32,000 nucleotides of DNA, taken from Promethearchaeum syntrophicum (GTDB lineage: Archaea; Asgardarchaeota; Lokiarchaeia; Sigyniarchaeales; Promethearchaeaceae). The notes under the pieces are model-generated. The model ran no database searches. It saw only the letters and a program-made list of their open reading frames with translations, and was not told the origin of the DNA. This document shows positions 27,987-32,000 of this stretch, piece after piece (positions within the stretch are counted from its first letter, which is position 1; each line of letters opens with the position of its first letter). The position numbers were made by a program, and so were the translations under genes. The stretch lies in assembly GCF_008000775.2 (NCBI RefSeq), contig NZ_CP042905.2, positions 2,580,001 through 2,612,000 on the forward strand. Reading direction: 5' to 3'.

Positions 27987-28622
27987 TTAAGCCATTTTGC
28001 TTGACATCAATTTAAGGGGAAGTCCCCCAAATAAATAGACTAAAAATTCAAAGAAAAATGATCCGTCAACAACTTGAATACCATTTATACGACTATTAAA
28101 TGCATCAATAGTATTTCCCATTAAGTTACCTATGGTGATCATTCTACAATGATTTATAATATCAACAGCTTTTTGATTTCCGTATTCCTTCACAAGATTT
28201 ATGACCGCTGTCTTTGAAGGATTTTCTTTACTTTCTGCGAAATGTTGTGCAAATGCTAGAGCAGTAATTTCTTCTTTTTTTAACCCTATAAAATCTAAAT
28301 CCAGGATATTTTTGATTTCTTCATCCGTACATCCTGATTCAATTGCCATTTTGGTATGCGCCCATTCACAAATTCTACAGCCATTTACTGCAGTTACGGC
28401 GAGCATGATTCGTTCAGAAAAATCATAGCTAATTCGTTTGGATTTCATTGTATCCATTATGATTCTTCTATTTCTTATTATAGATTGCACGGTTTTCATG
28501 AAAGAACGAAAATTAAATACTCTTTTTGTAAAATAGTGACTATTTCCATGAATTATGTTATAGGTTCTGTTCATTGGTTCATTGGTTAAACAATCATTTA
28601 GAGATATGTCGATTTCTTTCAT
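27987..28622 (-). CDS. AhpD-like / carboxymuconolactone decarboxylase family protein
   Basis: VNGCRICEWAH (CxxC..H) lies in a helical context, followed by EEI..IL, which resembles the CMD/AhpD core. The N-terminal ~70 aa are unassigned and the true start is uncertain. Confidence 0.55.
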   Translation of the reverse strand: MKEIDISLNDCLTNEPMNRTYNIIHGNSHYFTKRVFNFRSFMKTVQSIIRNRRIIMDTMKSKRISYDFSERIMLAVTAVNGCRICEWAHTKMAIESGCTDEEIKNILDLDFIGLKKEEITALAFAQHFAESKENPSKTAVINLVKEYGNQKAVDIINHCRMITIGNLMGNTIDAFNSRINGIQVVDGSFFFEFLVYLFGGLPLKLMSSKMA

Positions 28623-28808
28623 ATTAAAATCACTTATTGATTAAAAGTACAAATATAGATAATTTTATCTGAAAAATCATAAATAAATTTTTTTTTTCTT
28701 TTTAAAAAAACTTCAATTTTTATGCAAAAATCATGTATTATCTAGATGTCATCCAATTACGTGAAACAGCAACTTTATTCTTAAAACCTACCTATTTTAT
28801 ACATTAAA

Positions 28809-28816
28809 TTTATAAA
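28809..28816 (+). promoter_or_regulatory. Candidate archaeal TATA box for a leaderless transcript of the RHH-integrase pair
   Basis: tttataaa is centred about 27 nt upstream of the ATG at 28839, and there is no Shine-Dalgarno-like sequence in between. Confidence 0.3.
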
Positions 28817-28838
28817 TTTAAACTTCCTAATATTATAT

Positions 28839-29300
28839 ATGGCTAAACCAAAACCAAGTGAAAAAATGGATAGTATAAGATTTACGATACCTGAATCAGA
28901 AAAGAAAATCTGGAAAGAGTATGCCAAAGGATTAGGTTTTCCTTTAGCACGAATAATTAAAGAAACCATGAATCAAAGGATTAATAATTTTAAAGCGAAT
29001 TCATCAAAGACAGAAAACGAAATAATGAAAGAACTTCAAAATCTCAGTGAAAAAATAAATTTTTTAAATGTGAAAGTTGAAAAAAAGATAATAGAAGCCC
29101 CAATTCCAAAAATTGAGATTGATAAAGATGAAATCAGATCTCGAATAGAAATGTTCCTTTCAGAATTTCCCAATGGATTAACCAGGAAGAAACTTATTAC
29201 ATTTCTAAATATTGATTCTAAGATAGTTAGAAAGATATTGGTTGAAATGAAGAATGATAATATTATCTATAATGAAGATTTGAAATGGAGATTGGTATAA
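28839..29300 (+). CDS. Small DNA-binding protein: N-terminal ribbon-helix-helix-like, coiled-coil linker, C-terminal winged-helix-like (putative element regulator/excisionase-like)
   Basis: SIRFTIPESEKKIWKEYAKGLGFPLARIIKETMNQ fits a strand-helix-helix pattern. The C-terminal LTRKKLITFLNIDSKIVRKILVEMKNDNIIYNEDLKWRLV looks wHTH-like. The 3' end overlaps the integrase start by 16 nt. Confidence 0.5.
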   Translation: MAKPKPSEKMDSIRFTIPESEKKIWKEYAKGLGFPLARIIKETMNQRINNFKANSSKTENEIMKELQNLSEKINFLNVKVEKKIIEAPIPKIEIDKDEIRSRIEMFLSEFPNGLTRKKLITFLNIDSKIVRKILVEMKNDNIIYNEDLKWRLV

Positions 29301-30247
29301 TGGATTATTTAAAATTGTTTTTAGATAACCGATCAACCTCAGGATCGGGGACTGTGAAAGTTTATAAAAGTGCTATTCTTCGTTTCTTAAAATTTATTCA
29401 AAAAACCGATTTGGAAGACATAAATCGCGAAGATTGGGAGAAGTATAGAAAATATTTAGATGGAAGAAACCTGAAAAAGAGTTATAAATTAAATCAAGCA
29501 AAATATCTCAGGTCTTTCTTTGATTTTGTGGAAGATAATTTACGATCTAAACATATTGACTTCTTTAATCCAATTCCAAAAATAAAATTTGTTAGATTTA
29601 ACCCTGATCAAGGACTAAATTTAAAGGAAAAGGAAGAAAAAGAAAAGGATGAATTTTATACCATAGAACAAATGAAATTAATCTTTAGTAAATCCAATCT
29701 AGTAGATTACGAACATTTTATGCAAATAATCCTACTAACTTTTTGTGGAATGAGAGGCAGTGAAGTAATGAGCATAAAAAAGGATAATCTTGATTTGGAT
29801 AATAGATACCTGGTAACTGGTCAAGAAATGAATGCTCGTAAATCCCAAAAAGATCTTTATTATGTATTCCCCGAATTAGTAGCAAATATGTTATGGGATT
29901 ATCTTCAAATCCATGAAAAGAAATATGGAAAAGATGTAAATTGGTTATTTCCTTCTCATTTTTACAATCATAAAAATTATGCAAAAATCAGAAGCCTTCA
30001 ATCGTTCTTAACTTCTTTGAATGTTCCTTTCAAATGTAGAACCCATAAATTTAGGCATTCAATTTCAAGATTTAGAAGAGCAAATAACTTTTCTCGTGGA
30101 GATCGAGAAACATTAAGTAATCATTCAAGTTTATCTTTGGAAGATCGAATATATGCAAAAATTCCGATTGAAAAAAGAATAAAAATATATGATGAATGTT
30201 TTCCCAAAGAATACAAAGCATTACTGTTACATATTGATTCGCTTTGA
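29285..30247 (+). CDS. Tyrosine recombinase / phage-type integrase
   Basis: An N-terminal SAM-like core-binding region is followed by catalytic-domain blocks: CGMRGSEVMSI (Arg I), HKFRHSISRF (H-x-x-R) and SNHSSLSLEDRIYAKI (His/Tyr nucleophile). Confidence 0.85.
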   Translation: MEIGIMDYLKLFLDNRSTSGSGTVKVYKSAILRFLKFIQKTDLEDINREDWEKYRKYLDGRNLKKSYKLNQAKYLRSFFDFVEDNLRSKHIDFFNPIPKIKFVRFNPDQGLNLKEKEEKEKDEFYTIEQMKLIFSKSNLVDYEHFMQIILLTFCGMRGSEVMSIKKDNLDLDNRYLVTGQEMNARKSQKDLYYVFPELVANMLWDYLQIHEKKYGKDVNWLFPSHFYNHKNYAKIRSLQSFLTSLNVPFKCRTHKFRHSISRFRRANNFSRGDRETLSNHSSLSLEDRIYAKIPIEKRIKIYDECFPKEYKALLLHIDSL

Positions 30248-30400
30248 ATACTATAACATTCAGATGTCATGTATCTTCGCGAAATACCTATTTCACGTAG
30301 AATCCTATAGTTCTAGATAACATTTAGAAATATTTTTTTCTTAGACAAGATAAAAATTGAAAAAAATATTGATTTATCTTGGCTAATTTTTTTTTCATTA

Positions 30401-30415
30401 ATTTTGTGGGAAATT
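30401..30415. repeat. 15-bp direct repeat attttgtgggaaatt (left copy) bounding the iteron module
   Basis: Exact copy at 30903-30917, 502 bp away. Confidence 0.85.
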
Positions 30416-30479
30416 ATTTTTTGGATTTAGTAACAGAAATTATTTTTTAATTTTTATTTCCTGATTTCTTAAAAAACAT

Positions 30480-30904
30480 GGTAGCAATGGTAGCAATGGT
30501 AGCAACTTTTTTTTCCATCTAAAACTGTTTAGTATGGGATAAAAAAATTAAATTATAATACGATAATGAAATTTATGTTAAAAAAATACTAAATTTGTTT
30601 AGGTATTGAAGTAATATTCTTCTAAAAATAGTTCTTGAGAATTCGAAAAAATATTAAAATTGGTAGCAATGAAAGTAACAATGGTAGCAATTTCTAATTT
30701 TGTTACTAAATGTTACTATTTGCTACTTTTTTTTGGTAGCAATTTTTCTTTCTAATACACTTTATTTTTAATTTATTTTTGATAAAATTGTTTATTTTTA
30801 TAGTTGCTACCATGCTACCATAAATTTTTAAATTTTTTTTCCCAGATATTTTTCAAACAATATTTATCTTTTTGGAAATCGGTAGACAAAACTATTGGTA
30901 GTAT
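30480..30904. repeat. Iteron cluster: GGTAGCAA core in direct and inverted orientation in a gene-free AT-rich region
   Basis: Perfect direct copies at 30480, 30489 and 30498 (9-bp tandem triplet), 30662, 30683 and 30735. Perfect inverted copy ttgctacc at 30804, followed by atgctacc at 30812. Degenerate inverted copies at 30701, 30711 and 30721 have 10-bp phasing. Degenerate direct copies lie at 30671, 30881 and 30897. Confidence 0.85.
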
Positions 30905-30917
30905 TTTGTGGGAAATT
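30903..30917. repeat. 15-bp direct repeat attttgtgggaaatt (right copy)
   Basis: Exact copy of 30401-30415. Confidence 0.85.
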
Positions 30918-31013
30918 TTCTTGAAATCTTCCCTTTAGTTATTTTATAATCATAAGAAAATAAATCAAAAATGTAGAAGAAATTGAACTGTTTTCAATCT
31001 TTAAATTTTCAAA

Positions 31014-32000
31014 TTAATTCATAATCGAAAAAAAATCTCCTTTCTCTTGAAGATATTTCTCGTTAATCCATTTTTCAAAAAGTAAACTTAAATTGTCTTC
31101 GGTTAGATTTGGTTTCCTGGCTATTGTCTCCCAAATATCTTCAAAAGTAAATCTGTTTTGATTATTTTTCGCAAATTCTTTTATAAATTCCTTTATTTCT
31201 ACTTGAATTTCTTTGGATAAAATATTTTTAGATATTGAATTTAAAGTAATTCCATCATCATCTTTCTTGATTTCTTCCATTTTAGAATCTGGGATTTTAT
31301 TTCCAGTTAACTTCCGATATTCTAAATTTACTCCCCTTTTTGACTTTCCACATGATTCCCATCGAAAGTTTACAGTAATTTTTACTTCAGGATCAATTTG
31401 TTCAAAATATTCTCCTAATTGAGGTAAACTCCTAAAAATTCTAAACGATTTTCTTCTTGCATAATCATTATACTCTCCTAAAAAACGGTGTGTTAAATAG
31501 ATCACTTCTTTTATCCGATCAACCATTAAAATCGGAATTTTTGTTTCATAATTATACTCGCTTTCTATAAATGATAAAATTGCATAAAGATCTTCTTTCT
31601 TTTTTTCTATTGTGGCATCTTCAAACTCTTTAATAAAATCAAGTAAATGATCTGACTTATTTTCTAAGAACTTATCTAAAATTATATTTGGATATTCAGG
31701 GAGATATTTATTAAAAATAAATTTCCAAATTGACAAACTAACAAGTATGAAGGCATTTATTGTAATTCTTCTTGGATCCGATAAACGAATATTATTGGAT
31801 TTACATAATTGAGCAATATATTTTCTCTTCTCCAATATAATATATTCTAAAACATCCAAATCATTTCTTATTTTTACTTGATCTTTTTTATCAATCCCGA
31901 ATTTTCCAAAATCTTTAATATATTTTATTGCTTCGGAAAGAAATAGATATCCACACGCTTTTGAATCTTTTATTGAATAAGAAATGTCTTCAAATATTGA
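31014..32000 (-). CDS. Hypothetical protein, 5'-truncated by the window edge (possible C-terminal winged-helix); candidate mobile-element gene
   Basis: The ORF-track start at 31859 is a TTG. The frame stays open for all 47 codons up to nt 32000 (SIFEDISYSIKDSKACGYLFLSEAIKYIKDFGKFGIDKKDQVKIRND...), so the gene continues beyond the window. No catalytic motif recognised. Confidence 0.6.
   Translation of the reverse strand, partial: SIFEDISYSIKDSKACGYLFLSEAIKYIKDFGKFGIDKKDQVKIRNDLDVLEYIILEKRKYIAQLCKSNNIRLSDPRRITINAFILVSLSIWKFIFNKYLPEYPNIILDKFLENKSDHLLDFIKEFEDATIEKKKEDLYAILSFIESEYNYETKIPILMVDRIKEVIYLTHRFLGEYNDYARRKSFRIFRSLPQLGEYFEQIDPEVKITVNFRWESCGKSKRGVNLEYRKLTGNKIPDSKMEEIKKDDDGITLNSISKNILSKEIQVEIKEFIKEFAKNNQNRFTFEDIWETIARKPNLTEDNLSLLFEKWINEKYLQEKGDFFSIMN

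Noticed and set aside
28623-30480. A tRNA or tmRNA gene as the integration target next to the integrase
   Set aside because: The flanking non-coding DNA is uniformly AT-rich. I saw no GC-rich ~75-nt segment and could not fold a cloverleaf by eye. A tRNAscan run would be the decisive check.
30401-30917. The 15-bp repeat attttgtgggaaatt as an archaeal Orc1/Cdc6 origin recognition box (ORB)
   Set aside because: The GTGGGAAA core only loosely recalls the GTGGAAA-like half of ORB elements as I remember them. The dyad partner is missing and no orc1/cdc6 gene is in the window. I keep the region as a generic origin-like candidate, not as a chromosomal oriC.
16094-31422. Other short overlapping ORFs: 16094..16288, 16467..16670, 16838..17095, 18985..19203, 19731..19916, 21013..21219, 21235..21474, 24147..24338, 24666..24902, 24936..25133, 28201..28428, 28356..28589, 28781..28969, 29718..29984 and 31213..31422
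   Set aside because: All are nested in or antisense to longer ORFs with better support, and none contains a recognisable motif.

Overview
Visibly AT-rich window, probably archaeal. That is an inference from a four-subunit 2-oxoacid:ferredoxin oxidoreductase operon, sequon-rich type-I membrane-anchored surface proteins, oligo-T tracts after genes and a possible leaderless promoter. The order could be Asgard/Lokiarchaeia-like, but I cannot establish it.

Layout:
1. 3-3601: a 5'-truncated membrane protein, then an ABC ATPase and a large permease.
2. 3909-13349: a 9.4-kb gene for a 3,146-aa type-I surface protein made of 29 tandem 93-aa units (279-nt period). It contains a block of perfectly identical units and a perfect 932-bp higher-order duplication. 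It ends in one TM helix and a helical cytoplasmic tail with three MIT/TPR-like modules.
3. 13520-15288: a complete 1,769-bp insertion sequence with perfect 21-bp terminal inverted repeats, A-run flanks and a zinc-ribbon DDE-type transposase. It sits just upstream of a second, orphan 997-aa surface protein.
4. 18.4-28.6 kb: housekeeping and accessory genes. These are a multi-pass membrane protein, a saccharopine-dehydrogenase-like enzyme, a 7TM protein with a C-terminal CxxC...CxxC zinc ribbon, a YbaK/ProX-like deacylase, a ketopantoate-reductase-family enzyme, the delta-alpha-beta-gamma OFOR operon, an MFS transporter and an AhpD/CMD-like protein.
5. 28.7-32.0 kb: an apparent integrated mobile element. 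It carries overlapping RHH/wHTH regulator and tyrosine recombinase genes, shared sequence modules flanking that cassette, and a ~500-bp gene-free AT-rich module. That module is bounded by 15-bp direct repeats and packed with GGTAGCAA iterons in both orientations (origin-like or arm-site-like). An ORF of unknown function runs off the right edge.

No rRNA, tRNA or CRISPR array was seen. All family assignments come from motifs read by eye; no database search was run.
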